A stretch of 64,000 bases of DNA from Octopus sinensis (Eukaryota): NCBI RefSeq assembly GCF_006345805.1, contig NC_042998.1, positions 66,712,001 to 66,776,000 of the forward strand, read 5' to 3'. The notes under the pieces were generated by a model. The model saw nothing but the letters and a program-made list of their open reading frames with translations. It had not been told where the DNA came from and did not search any database. Every line of letters starts with the position of its first letter. The stretch's first letter is position 1. The position numbers and the translations under genes were made by a program. Shown piece by piece: positions 42,335-54,924 of the stretch.

Positions 42335-42590
42335 TGAAAGCGCGGGGTTTAAAGGTTAGGGCATTGTCCGCACAATCACTAGATCGTGGCACTCTGTGTT
42401 CTAGAAAACGCTTCATTCTATGTTTTTCCAACCCACTTAGCTGAAAATGGGTAATCTTGCGATGGAATAGCTTTTCGCTGTTGGCCTCTTTGCCTGGGAG
42501 GCATCATTCGAAAGCTAAACGATGCAGAGCGCATAGTGATAGCGATATATAAGGGCATCAGATAATCTTGTTGATCACGTGATCATGTGA
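42335..42590 (+). mobile_element. Degenerate tRNA-derived SINE (13890 family)
   Basis: gtgaaagcgcggggtttaaaggttagggcatt...gaaagctaaacgatgcagagcgcatagtgatagcgat. Confidence 0.55.
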
Positions 42591-42640
42591 TATTTATATG
42601 TATGTATACGTATATTTTCTTTTTTAAATTTTAGTTGATT

Positions 42641-42692
<52 letters not shown>

Positions 42693-42704
42693 TATACATA
42701 CATT

Positions 42705-42929
42705 TAAGAACTTTTTGTGTACTAAGATATAAAATCAAGGCTGTATACGTATTAGAGCCTTTATAGATAGAATGTCCTACAGCTGTTTCTAAGATATTTA
42801 TTAATAATATCCCTTCATCGGAGACATTATTAATAAATATCCTAGAAACAGCTGTAAGACCTTCTATCTATAAATGCTCTAGTATCTATACAGCCTTAGT
42901 TTTATATCTTATTACACAAAAAATTCTTA
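42705..42929. repeat. Inverted repeat (arms about 104 bp, 17-nt loop) of a PLE pLTR-like hammerhead element
   Basis: 42705-42808 is the reverse complement of 42826-42929. The left arm plus loop encode a hammerhead on the minus strand. Confidence 0.85.
42771..42828 (-). ncRNA. Type I hammerhead motif with U4C variant core
   Basis: Minus strand: AATGTCT-CCGATGA-A-GGGATATT attaata AATATCTT-A-GAAA-CAGCTG-TA-GGACATT. 7-bp stem I, palindromic stem III. Confidence 0.7.
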
Positions 42930-43354
42930 TTCAAATGGCATATTTACATCACGATGTGTTTCTGCTACTGTTGATAACTCACTCTGATATTTATCATTGT
43001 TTGATTTCACTTTTTCAATATCAGTGTCACTGAACACTGGAAAAAGTATATGTATTTGTAAAGAGAACCTCCTTCCTATCGACAACTGTGATTGTCACAC
43101 GCTGATGATAGGTCAATACCTTGAAACTCGGGTCCGTGTGTATCATAAGTTGAAGACGGGCAGGATGGCTTCCCTTTGCAAATACTAATAGGGCACAGAA
43201 AGTGTGTCTATTGCCAGCTGGAGGAGATGTCTTCCTCGGGCTAAAAACTACAGTAGCATCCACCCTTAGGGGTTAGCCATATTCAAATGGCATATCTACA
43301 TCACGATGTGTTTCTGCTACTGTTGATAACTCACTCTGATATTTATCATTGTTT
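42928..43354 (+). mobile_element. Retrozyme-like unit: 352-nt period with 75-nt terminal direct repeat and one hammerhead
   Basis: 42928-43002 equals 43280-43354 (1 mismatch). Hammerhead at 43096-43140. No credible ORF. Confidence 0.75.
43096..43140 (+). ncRNA. Minimal type I hammerhead ribozyme, apparently intact
   Basis: CACACG-CTGATGA-T-AGGT caat ACCT-T-GAAA-CTCGGG-TC-CGTGTG. Perfect 6-bp stem I, 4-bp stem II, near-palindromic stem III, GUC triplet; predicted cleavage after 43134. Confidence 0.9.
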
Positions 43355-43390
<36 letters not shown>

Positions 43391-45148
43391 AATATATATA
43401 TATATACATACATGTATTGCGTCTTGTTTCCCTGTTTATATACCAAAAACTGTTCTGGAATTCTTTACACTCATGCTCAGTGAACCGAACTGTGAACCGA
43501 CATAGGAAAATATCTCTCTCTTATATCTTACGGTGAATTTCCCTACAATACGAAAGCAAAAAGTTTTGGGGAAAAACACATCGTACAAACAAAACAGCTT
43601 ATTTAGCATATGCACTGGAAACATTCTTCTTTGGAGAGTGATTCCTTGAATTAACCTCCAACTTAAAATTCGGGTTTAAAATGAAGAATTGCCTTTCGCA
43701 AATTAAACTCCTGGATAAACTTCAGCACCACCTCTGAAATAAAACTGTGATCGTTTATTATTCTACCACCTTCCATAATAGTTTTCTTTATGAAAGATTA
43801 TAGCATTTCCATTAATCTAGTAAATGAGGTTTCCCCTCAAAAAGAAATTAGGTAGTTGAAAATGATACGTATACTCAATTCGTTTCCACTATAGGTACAA
43901 GGTCAGAAATTTTCAGGTAGAGACTTAGTTGATTAGATTGAAACTTACCTTTATAGGTACTACAATATTAGAATCAAAGCAAACCAATTAGTAAATGTCA
44001 TTCAATGCATTATTGAAACGAATAAAGGCGACGAACTGGCATAATAGACATCATGCTGGGCAAAATACTAAGCAGTATTTCATCCGGTTTTAAGTCCTGA
44101 GGTCGAATTTGCTTTCATCTTTTGTGGGTCGATAATATAAGTACCAGTTGTGCACTGGGATCGATGTAAACGACTTATACCCTTCCACAAAATTCCTGTC
44201 CTTGTGCCTATGTCTGAAATCAATATATTTTAAAAGTAAATATGTTACCACTAGAAACTCTGCATTAAAAGACCATAATACAAATTTCTTAATTGGGCTC
44301 AATTATAAATAAAGTGCAGTCTTATTAATCCAACAAGTCAGTGTCACTAAGGTCATCTTCACGCGTGCTTTATAAGAACTTGACACACATTAGATGATTT
44401 ACAAACTGTATGCAAGTTAAGATATTACACATTTAAATACACTTCTCTTTCTCTCTTTCTCTCTCTCTCTCTCCCGCTCTTGCTCTCGTTACAGCACACC
44501 CTCAATACATTATTCAGTCCTTGCTCTAATTTTTCTCTCTGCTCTTTGCACAGTCTCTTGCTTTCTCTCTTACTCTCTCTAACAGTTAATTTAAATAACT
44601 CAGTAATCTGGTGTCAAACTCGACCTCGTAAAGTTGCGCAACAACCTAAAGTATGTGTGGAAGATCATCTTATACCTCTTTCTCTTCATATGTCACTTCC
44701 CAAAAACCTACATAGTAACTCAGATTTTATCTGCAATTCTTTCTTCTTCCCTATCAGTTCTCAGTTTCCATTTTACACTAGACATGCCATGTAAACAGAC
44801 GTCATGAATTCTGTGTCGTACATATATTCTTTTTCCGCTCTTCTATCATTTCTAATTAGATTGTCTTCTCTTATATAATGAGCTGGATTCGAATGTTAGA
44901 TTCTTGTCTATTTCGTCCATTGTTGTATTTTTCTTTATCATACACTTCTTCGATTATTGCGTTCCCGCTTTATATACCTACGCTTTTCAGTGACACATTT
45001 ATGCACTTTTGACTTCATATATTATTCATTTTGTCCGTCTTTTACTTCTCTCATAATGCTATTGGTGGCATTAGTGTGGTTCTTATCTACTTCTTTCGTT
45101 ACACTATGCACAGGAAAAATCGCTGATACTTCGCGGTTTGAATATATC

Positions 45149-45192
<44 letters not shown>

Positions 45193-45205
45193 CTCTATCT
45201 CTCTC

Positions 45206-45240
<35 letters not shown>

Positions 45241-46519
45241 GCCTGTCTGTCTGACTGTATGTATGTATGTATACATGTCTATACTGTGACAAGCACCTAC
45301 CGATCAAGAAATTAATTTTCATCGCCAAGGAAAACCTATTGTATTACGCTTGCCCGTTGGTCGCTACAGTTATATTTATCCATTAATCAAAACATCTCTG
45401 TTTCATAGTTAAGTTTATCTACAATTGCATTATGTCCGAAGTTGATTACATTTCTCAGAAGAGAGATGAATTTTGTGAAATTAATTTAAAATTTCGGGAA
45501 ATTATATACCATTTTCCTTCAGTGTCACTAAAACTTAACACGATTCCTATTTCCATACAAGAAGGAAATATCAATTACACGAGGATTTTTGCTCGCATCA
45601 ATTACACAAAGTTTCTTGCACACATCTGAAAGAAATTATGTATTTTTCAGGCTCCATATAGCTTTCAGTAAGTCTCAACAGCTATAAAATTGTGAGCATG
45701 TCAATTTTCAGACTCCAATATACCGCTAAATTGAACAAAATTGATTATTTTGTCTCCTCTCGATTGCGCCTGCACAAAATCATGTGTTTCTAATTTACAC
45801 GAGAGACTATAGAAAAAGAAAAAAAGGGAGGTCAAAAAGAAGACTAATATGAGTGATTTTCTGAATACTATGGAAGAACTGAGAATGAATGCTAAAATTG
45901 TTTTCGCTTAGGATAGACTAAGTTGTGATAAGTAACTGCCTGTCTTTGTGTTCCAAGTTGAAATTTAATCCCGGGTGGAATCTGTCGTTCATCTTCAAGT
46001 GATCAGTAAAATACCCGAGCGAATTTTATATCCAGCTCCTAATTACTTAGACAGATATAGGAATATAGTATAATTCATACAGCATTCATTTTTAATTCAA
46101 TATAATTGTGTAGGTCTCCAGAAGATGCGTTTCACTTACGAGATGACGATTGACACCAAATCCATAAAAGATAACTTCAAGCATTAAACATTCTTAAAAG
46201 TTGGCAAACCTTTCGAGAAAAGGGCATTTATTTTCTGGGGAAAGAATAGCTGCGGGCACGTGCTTTTGCTTCGATTGACGTCATTAGCACGATTATTATC
46301 CTAACTTAACTTCAGCAATGAAGGAGTGAGAAAGAGAAATACAAAAAGGAATGAAAAGAGAAAACTAAAGGTAATACAAGATAAGTTTTAATTTGTCGAC
46401 GATTAAAAATGGAATGTTCGAGATATTGCTGTTTAGCCTTAGATGTTTTTCGTAGGCACCGTCTAAGGATAAAAAAGCGTTACGGCCTCGACCAATTTAT
46501 CAATTTTTATTGATTTGTA

Positions 46520-46790
46520 TTGTATGTACCATACCACGCAAGTAGGAGAACCCAGTCATGACTGTCAGACAATTTCTGCGACCACATCACCCCTAAGATC
46601 TGGCCACCTTACTCCTCAGAGTGAAACGCCCTTGATTATTATGTGCGGAGCGCAACTGAGCGAGAGACCAGGAAAACTCCATGTAACACCAAAGATGAAC
46701 TGAAGGCAAGGATTATGGCAACATTCACCAACTTAAACAAGCAGACCGTCCAGAAGTGTTGTAGGAGATTCAGAATTCGTTTCACAAAAT
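46520..46790 (+). mobile_element. Tc1/mariner transposase C-terminal fragment
   Basis: DNFCDHITPKIWPPYSSE*NALDYYVRSATERETRKTPCNTKDELKARIMATFTNLNKQTVQKCCRRF, a decayed WPPNSPDLNPLDY motif. Confidence 0.85.
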
Positions 46791-48064
46791 AGATAGCAGA
46801 CATCTGGCCATGCTGGGTCACCGCCTTGAAGAATTTTTAGTCGAATGAGTCAAACCCAGTGCTGATTCTTTTTAAAGCCTGGTACCTTTTTTTTTTTATA
46901 GTCGTGTAGCCCCAAATCAGCCCTGACTTAACCACAGCATTTCAAGAATGATCATAGTTTTTTATTCCTTCTATTTTACAGAAACTGGTTCTTACTACAT
47001 TATCTAATATAGTCTTAGGTATCATTTTAAAGACAGCAAGATGTGGCTTAAAGGACTCTCTCGCTGCTTCTTTTAGCTCATCGGGCATTGTGACACAAAA
47101 CCACTTAAGGAGAATGTGATAGCGAGACATGTTATTTTGAGGGAAGCGATTATTACCGAGACGAATTTAAGAACAAAATTGAACGAAAATGAGAGATTAC
47201 ATGAATGAAAAGACAGACAGAAAACCAAATGAAGGGACGGACAACAGACAATAACAAAATGAGAGATGACGGGAGAGACAGAATCAAATCAATGAGAGAG
47301 TGACATGGACAGTTATAAAAAGATAAGCAAATGTAGTGAGTATGCAAATATAGTGAACAGATACACAGACAGGAACGTAAATAGAAAAGGAATAGAAAAT
47401 AGAGACAGGTAGATTGGCAAACAGAAGAAAGGAGAGATTGGCAGGAGGACATGATTGAATGATTAAAAATGGGGGAGAAACAGAAGGGTGAAAAGGGACT
47501 GGCTGATTAATGAGAGAGGAAGTACGTTAAGGAGAAAGGGGTTTGTACGCCAGACATTTAAGTAGAGAGAAAGCGAAAGCAGGGGACGTCGGTGGTAGTG
47601 AAATATAGAGAGAATGCGTAATACTAGCAAACAGATAGCAAAGCAGGCAGACAGAAAGTGAGAGAGAGAGAGAGAACAGGAAAAAGAGAGAGGGAGGGGG
47701 TAGAGGCGTATTATTAAAAGAGAGAACCAAGTAGAGAGGCAGGAAGTCAGAGAGAGAAAGATAGGCAGGAAGAGAGAGATTAGTCGATATATAGATAGTG
47801 AATGAAAGAGAAAGTGATGTAAGAGTGGGAGAGATACATGCAATAGAACAAGGAGAGAAAAAATGAATTAAAAACGCAGAGATGGAAGTAGGAGAGAGAG
47901 ATAGAGAGAGAGAAGGAGTTTTGGTATTATTAATTTCTATTGGAAGTGGCACAAAATTGGTAAAATCTAGCAACATTTCAAAGGAAAGGATTTCTCATTT
48001 TATCATCTGCAATATAAGGAAGATATAAAAGGGATCTGTTTACGCTGCTTTAGCCAATTCGTAA

Positions 48065-48143
<79 letters not shown>

Positions 48144-48419
48144 CACGCAGATAAATTCACTGCGCACTTTGACATTCACACTGGCGAACATAGACACAAT
48201 CTGCGAATACGCACCCACGTGCACACACGCATGAAACCACAGATACAAGCAAGAGAGTAAATACATTCGCTGCTGCCATATGCCGTCGTAATAATCGTTC
48301 ACTCACTCACTGCACTCACGCGAAAAAGAGAAATTATGTATGTATGCGAGACCATAGCAAAACACACGTACACAATCCAACAGATCAGTAAAGCTGTGGT
48401 AAGTAATAATGATATATAC

Positions 48420-48457
<38 letters not shown>

Positions 48458-48458
<1 letters not shown>

Positions 48459-48833
48459 CTCTTTACTCTTTTTACTCTTTTTACTTGTTTCTGTCATTTG
48501 ACTGCGGCCATGCTGGAGCACCGCCTTTAATCGAGCAACTCGACCCGGGACTTATTCTTTTGTAAGCCCAGTACTTATTCTATCGGTCTCTTTTGCATCG
48601 GTTGTCAAGCAATGTTAGGGGGACACACACAGACACTCAAACACACACACGCATATATATATACATATATACGACGGGCTTCTTTCAGTTTCCGTCTACC
48701 AAATCCACTCACAAGGCTTTGGTCGGCCCGAGGCTATAGTAGAAGACACTTGCCCAAGGTGCCACGCAGTGGGACTGAACCCGGAACCATGTGGTTGGTA
48801 GACAAGCTACTTACCACACAGCCACTCCTGCGC
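48458..48833 (-). mobile_element. tRNA-derived SINE (major family), near full length
   Basis: Reverse complement of the 3254 family, head ggcgcaggagtggctgtgtggtaagtagc, with (AAAGAGT)-type tail. Confidence 0.9.
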
Positions 48834-48986
48834 CTATATATATATAAATATATATATAAATATATACAAAGAGCAATAAAGATTCAAGTTAATTAAAAAA
48901 AATTTACTTGAATATGGTACCTAACTTAGATGCACCAAAAAAAAACTATACTGATTTAACAATACAGTAATGTGGGGTGATTATAA

Positions 48987-49180
48987 GCGAGAAAGAAGCA
49001 ACAAGAATGGATAGGTTTTTAGTACGATCGTTTCATACAAGGACAGGTTTTATTAAAAGTTGCAAAGATTACAGCATAATGCTGTAATTATGCTGTAATC
49101 TTTGCAACTTTTAATAAAACCTGTCCTTGTATGAAACGATCGTACTAAAAACCTATCCATTCTTGTTGCTTCTTTCTCGC
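48987..49180. repeat. Perfect palindrome: 94-bp arms, 6-nt spacer
   Basis: 48987-49080 is the exact reverse complement of 49087-49180; the spacer is gctgta. Confidence 0.95.
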
Positions 49181-49662
49181 GTATATAAATATATATATAT
49201 ATATGTATATGTATGTATGTAAGTATGTATGTATGTACGTATGTATGTATGTATGTACGTATGTATGTATGTATGTATGTATGTATGTATGTATGTATGT
49301 ATGTATGTATGTAGGTATGTGTGTATATATTATAGTCTTTTACTTATTTAAGATAACAGACAGTGGAGATGCGAGGGCACCGCTTTGAAGAATTTTTAGA
49401 CGAATGAATCAACACTAGTATTTATTTCTTTAAAATCTTGATAGTTATTCCATAGACTACTTTTGCTGAACTGCTAAGTTACGCGGGCGTAAATTCATCA
49501 TCACCGGTTATCGGACGGTTGTGGGGGACAAAAACACATACACGCATATACACGCACACACATGCAAATCCACTCACACGGCTTTGGTCGGTAGGGCTAG
49601 AAGACATTGGAACCATATGTTTGGGAAGGCATGTTTCTTACCATACAGCCACCACGCCTACA

Positions 49663-49711
<49 letters not shown>

Positions 49712-49979
49712 ACATTATATATTGTATGTGCGTATATGTGTTCATATATATGCATAGATTATGCATATACATATATGTATATGCGTGAGAGTAATTATAA
49801 ATAAAGAGGTAATGGCAAAAATGTTATATTATATTTCGTTATTTATAATTTTATATATTCGTAATGTTTCCCTCCTGTATCATAATATATATTGTAGGTC
49901 TTGTTGAACGATGCATTAAGGAGGTCTTTACATGAGTACCACCGGATTAGTTGAATCCATATATTGCAACTTATATATA

Positions 49980-50180
49980 TACGGGCTCCTCGCGAGCGTT
50001 TGTCGAAAAGTCTGATGTGCATTTTGTTGGAGAATTAAGTTCCTGGATTTTCCTGAAAAGAAGGCTGCAAAATGGTCTCCTTATTCAATCCGAATTAGGG
50101 ACTTTGCAGCCTTTGAAACATATGTAGAAAATAATAAAAAGGAATTTTGTTAAATCTTCGTTCAGCTCCATTTCTTCCTA
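49980..50180 (-). mobile_element. Degenerate mariner-like transposase 5' relic (related copy at 54960-55180)
   Basis: Both copies share cgttcagctccatttctt (minus strand MELN...). The downstream sequence is frameshifted. Confidence 0.4.
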
Positions 50181-50254
<74 letters not shown>

Positions 50255-50259
50255 CCAGA

Positions 50260-51005
50260 GGCGACTCCAGGTCACCAGCATCACTCGAGCTCATCACAGA
50301 TTTCGCATAACACACATGCCTGCTCGATGAATTTCACATTTTTCCGCAATAATTCTAGGCCCAAATGGCTTATTTTTAAAATCTAGCTCAATGACATTCT
50401 CCATTTCTATGTTAATGGTAAAAATAAAGCAACCCTGCAAAACACAACTGATCTTTACACACATACGCACAGAATAACGGCAATCACAAACATCATCATT
50501 CTGACTGTCGCCTGTACTCTTAACAAGAGATAACAGTTAGTGTTTTATACCTATCAGGCTCGTTCGCTTTAGCCCGAATTACTGGTTAATTTTTCGTTCC
50601 TTTAAGAATATTGTAGAACGGAAACTTTTTATAGATTGGAATTTAAATCCTAATTTCTATAGAAATTTATTATTTCAATAAAACATTGAATTTGAATTAC
50701 TTTTAATCGTTACAATTATAGATAACAACTCGGGCTGTAACTTCTGAGTCCGAGTCAGGCGAGCGTGAACGATGTCGAGAGAACATCTTCTACGAATAAT
50801 ATTTCTTGACATGGTCACCTCTAAATCGACACCCATATACCGAATGAAAATAAATAAATTGCGACCAGTCTCAATAAAAGGAGCCCGAGTTATTAGCTGA
50901 AATTGCACACTTGAAGTCCGGAAAGTAAATCAGCTTTTAAATACCCGTTCACTTTATTAAATTTATATTCGGGCTAATTCTAACGGCTCGAGTGCCGGAG
51001 TCACC
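50260..51005. mobile_element. Possible MITE or non-autonomous DNA transposon between (TA)n arrays
   Basis: The left end ggcgactcc...cactcgagc (50260-50290) is an interrupted inverted match to gctcgagtgccggagtcacc (50986-51005). Confidence 0.4.
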
Positions 51006-51009
51006 ACCG

Positions 51010-51051
<42 letters not shown>

Positions 51052-52364
51052 AATACCACACACACACACGCACGTAAGTGAATATCCGTTTGCTTCCGCG
51101 ATACATGTTCAGTTGTTTCATCAGGTGAAATACTCAGTGAAATATCGTCTCAGTGTTTGTGTATTGTACGCATATGTGTACCCCTAATGGAATCATTTTA
51201 CAGGGACCATACCAATACTGCGTATGATAAAGGTCATTATTGTGTTACAGATACAAACCCATCCGACTGGTTTCAATTCCTTTTCCATCCGAAAAATTTT
51301 ATTGAGAAGGCTTGAGTCTACTCGAGGTTTATGTTAAAAGGTACTGGCACAAGATATTACGCAACCGGATAAACGCTGGGTTTCATGACTGCAAAGCCAA
51401 TTTTTAAAGACAAACTTGAACATGCTATATTAATTTGCTCATATATACATCAAAGAGAAAAAAGTTATCTAAGGACAACTACTTCGAGACTTGCAGCATC
51501 TATACCCAGATTATATATTCACATTTTACTAAGAGCAAATTGTGCACATAACTATGTTAATAAATGCCTAAGTGGCATTTTGGAAAAGCTAGGATCTTCA
51601 GAAAAGAAAAGTCAACTTAACGTACATATAACAAACACAATCTGTTAGCGGAACTATAAGAATATAGCTTTCGTTGTTTTGCTAGCTACAGATCATCGCT
51701 TGATTGATCTCTTAAATCAGCACAGATACGGCATTTCAGTCCTTCCAGGAACCTACAATCTGCGGTACAGATGTGACAACAACCAACATCTCTTGCAAGT
51801 TGTGTTCAGCAAGTTACCACCCACAATGACACATGCAAACATTCCACAATGGAATTTTTCCTTGAGTATTTGGTCTCTTTCAGCTATGGCCAGCCATAGC
51901 ATGTAACATAATAGCGATGTTAAAATTCAAGCAATGCCTATACGCATGAAGCTTTTTAAAATGAGGGAAGGCCTTGCATAGAGCTGGTCCCACATTGTAG
52001 ACAATGTATAAATTTGCCCAGAGAGAACTCTTTTACAACACTGGCTTCAAGTAATGTCACAGGTATTACATGAGAGTTCTTCTCGAATAAGATGTCTAAA
52101 CAAAGATTTAGAGTCTCTCACACCCATGTGTTGGATGACCGTTGACTCGGTGAGGTTATCCGCCCTTTGACAATGTTTATTTTTCATCCTAACGTTAGCG
52201 ACCCTTCTTAAAATCCAAGCTTGGAAGGGTAGCTGGTTAAGTCATCGACTGCCCAACTAAGCGACTTGCAGCGGATTGCATGTTACCAGTATCTATATGA
52301 TTGACCTGGCATAACATACATAAATACACACATAGACGCATAATTACGCACATACATACATAGA

Positions 52365-52690
52365 AAAGAAATGGTACTCCGTCAGTTACGATGACGAGAG
52401 TTCCGGTTGATCCGATCGACGGAGGAGTTTGCTTGTGAAATTAAAATGAAAATGGTTAAGCACTCCTCAGACACGCTTAACTTTAACGTAGTTCTCACGG
52501 ATATTCAGCATGACACAGAATGTGGTAAGTCCGACCCTCTGAATTACAGGCACAACACCTTTTTACTTGCTGAGTGGACTGGAGCAACGTGAAATAAAGT
52601 GTCTTTTTCAAGTACACAACGCGCCTCCAGTAATTGAACTCACGAATTTACGATCGTGAGACGATTACCCTAACGACTAAGCCACGAGCC

Positions 52691-52693
<3 letters not shown>
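52365..52693 (-). mobile_element. tRNA-derived SINE, further family
   Basis: Minus head gtgaaggctcgtggcttagtcgttagggtaatcgtctcacgatcgtaaattcgtgagttcaatt; core ...acactttatttcacgttgctccagtccactcagc. Confidence 0.7.
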
Positions 52694-52726
<33 letters not shown>

Positions 52727-54871
52727 TACATACATACATACATACATACATACATACATACATACATACATACATACATACACACATACATACATACATA
52801 GATACAATGATAGCAAAGTATCAGAGGTTAAACATCGATTGAAACAATCTTTGGATATCCCTTCATTTGCCTTTAACACCACCTGCTAATCTTCAATTGT
52901 TAAAGTGTATCTATAGCTAAAGTTGCGTCCATGAATCAGATAACAGTACGAGGTTTGAAAGAAGTTCCTAAGAGAATATGTTTTGACTGATAGGCCGCGG
53001 ATCCACACGGAAAAGAGCTTCCAAAACAGGTCATCAGAGGAAAAACTGTATGCCTATCAACAGAAACTCGTAGATGGTTACATTGATAACAAGAATAATT
53101 TATCTTGACCCAGCAAACGAGATAGTTCTCACCTTAGATTGTATACCATTGCAATACATGAACAGCAAATAACAACAAATTCATGGTTCACGAAAAACTC
53201 AGTATACATATATTTTTATCCTTTTACTTGTTTCAGTCATTGGACCGTGGTTGTGCTGGAACACCACCTTGGTAGTGAAAATAACATTGAGGATGTCACT
53301 CGCATCATATTTAGCAGCCCCAACGTATCATTCCGTTATTTTCTATCTATGGGGTATCATGTGAAGGACATAAGTTCTCTGCACAATGCTGTTGTTAGAA
53401 AGAATAATACTGGATGCTGATATATGAAGCGGCATTGTCGTGGAAAGTATGATTACTCATGATATGAAAAACTATGGATAGTATGTTCTAACTGCCTTGA
53501 AACACTAGGTTATTCAAACAAGAAAGACTCATAATAAAATTACCCCTCCAATCTATTACTGACACTGTGAAAATATTTTCTAGAAATTTAGTATATGATA
53601 ATTGCCTCATACTCACATGCACAAACAGAAAACAGCACACCACGCACACACACACACACACAAACAGACACGAGCGCTTACGCACATTTACACACGTACA
53701 AACACATATGGTACAGACGCACACTATAACTTCATATACACAAATGCCCTTGTACTTACATAATATCGGATAGCCTCTACACAGAGGAAAGCAAAACGGA
53801 GACACTCAGTTATATACACACGCAGAAACACAATATACACGCACGTTATAGGTTCATACACACAGACATGCAGACACACACAAACACACACTCAAACATG
53901 TATGCGAACATACAGGCAGCACTTGCTGACACATGTATACCACGTTCACAGTTGCTCCCTTCTTGCCATCTAAGTTTCACATTACTCCTCACAGTTTACT
54001 TCCTTGGCACTCACTCCCCATACCGTGACCGTATAATCGAAACACTTTTCTTTACCCCTTCTAATATGCCCTGTCTTTTTTAAACTCGCTTTTCCGTTAA
54101 TTATAATGTCTGCATCAGATATGTACGGTAAAATAAAAAGATATATATTCAGACATCATTGTCTCCTACTAATTATTAGAAAATACTGAATACTAGAAAG
54201 CTCTGCTTTGTTGCAAGAAGAAGTTGCATGTCTGGATATTTGGTTGCAGAAGAGTCTGTGTCCAGTCAGGCTGGAGAACGTCTAGAGAGCCATTGCAGTG
54301 TTAGGAAGAGACAGAAAGGCAGATGCGACTAGAATGTGAGATTCAAAGAGAGAGGAGCTAAGCTTCAAACCAGCAGGATAGGAGCAGTTTTATGACCACC
54401 ACTTCCGACGCAGCAAGAGGAGAGCATTACGGTTCAGGACTGGAATATCTAATGGTCATTGCACATTATCTAACGACATCAATTCATCAAAGTCAAAGTG
54501 ACTACATTTTCTAAAGGGCATGAAAGTGAAATATCTTTTAAGTTGTAATCAATCTCCAATATATATATATATATTATATATATATATATATTATTATATA
54601 TATATATATATATATATATCTATATATATATATATATTATATATATATATATGGTTACTTGCATATTTGAATGCAACATGTCTGGGCAAAATATGCAGGT
54701 CGCTGTAGTGTACATCGTAGGAGAATAAATATTCCCCTTTACAACATGTGTGTTCAAAACAACCAGATCATTGGCGGATGGTCTTCTGGGAGACCGGTGG
54801 TTCGACATGTGACTCGACAAGCCGAAACAGCCGAAATTTTGAGCCTAAACGAAGTGCTCATTTTGTTTATA

Positions 54872-54924
<53 letters not shown>

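Noticed and set aside
43027-43263. Minus-strand ORF with apparent splice sites (ttttag| ... AAG|gtattg) as a host exon
   Set aside because: It lies inside the terminally repeated hammerhead unit, and the antisense of the ribozyme explains the sequence. No protein similarity recognised.
51095-51130. CTGATGA...GAA CATG TA on the minus strand
   Set aside because: Only GAA, no stem II, and no stem I complementarity.
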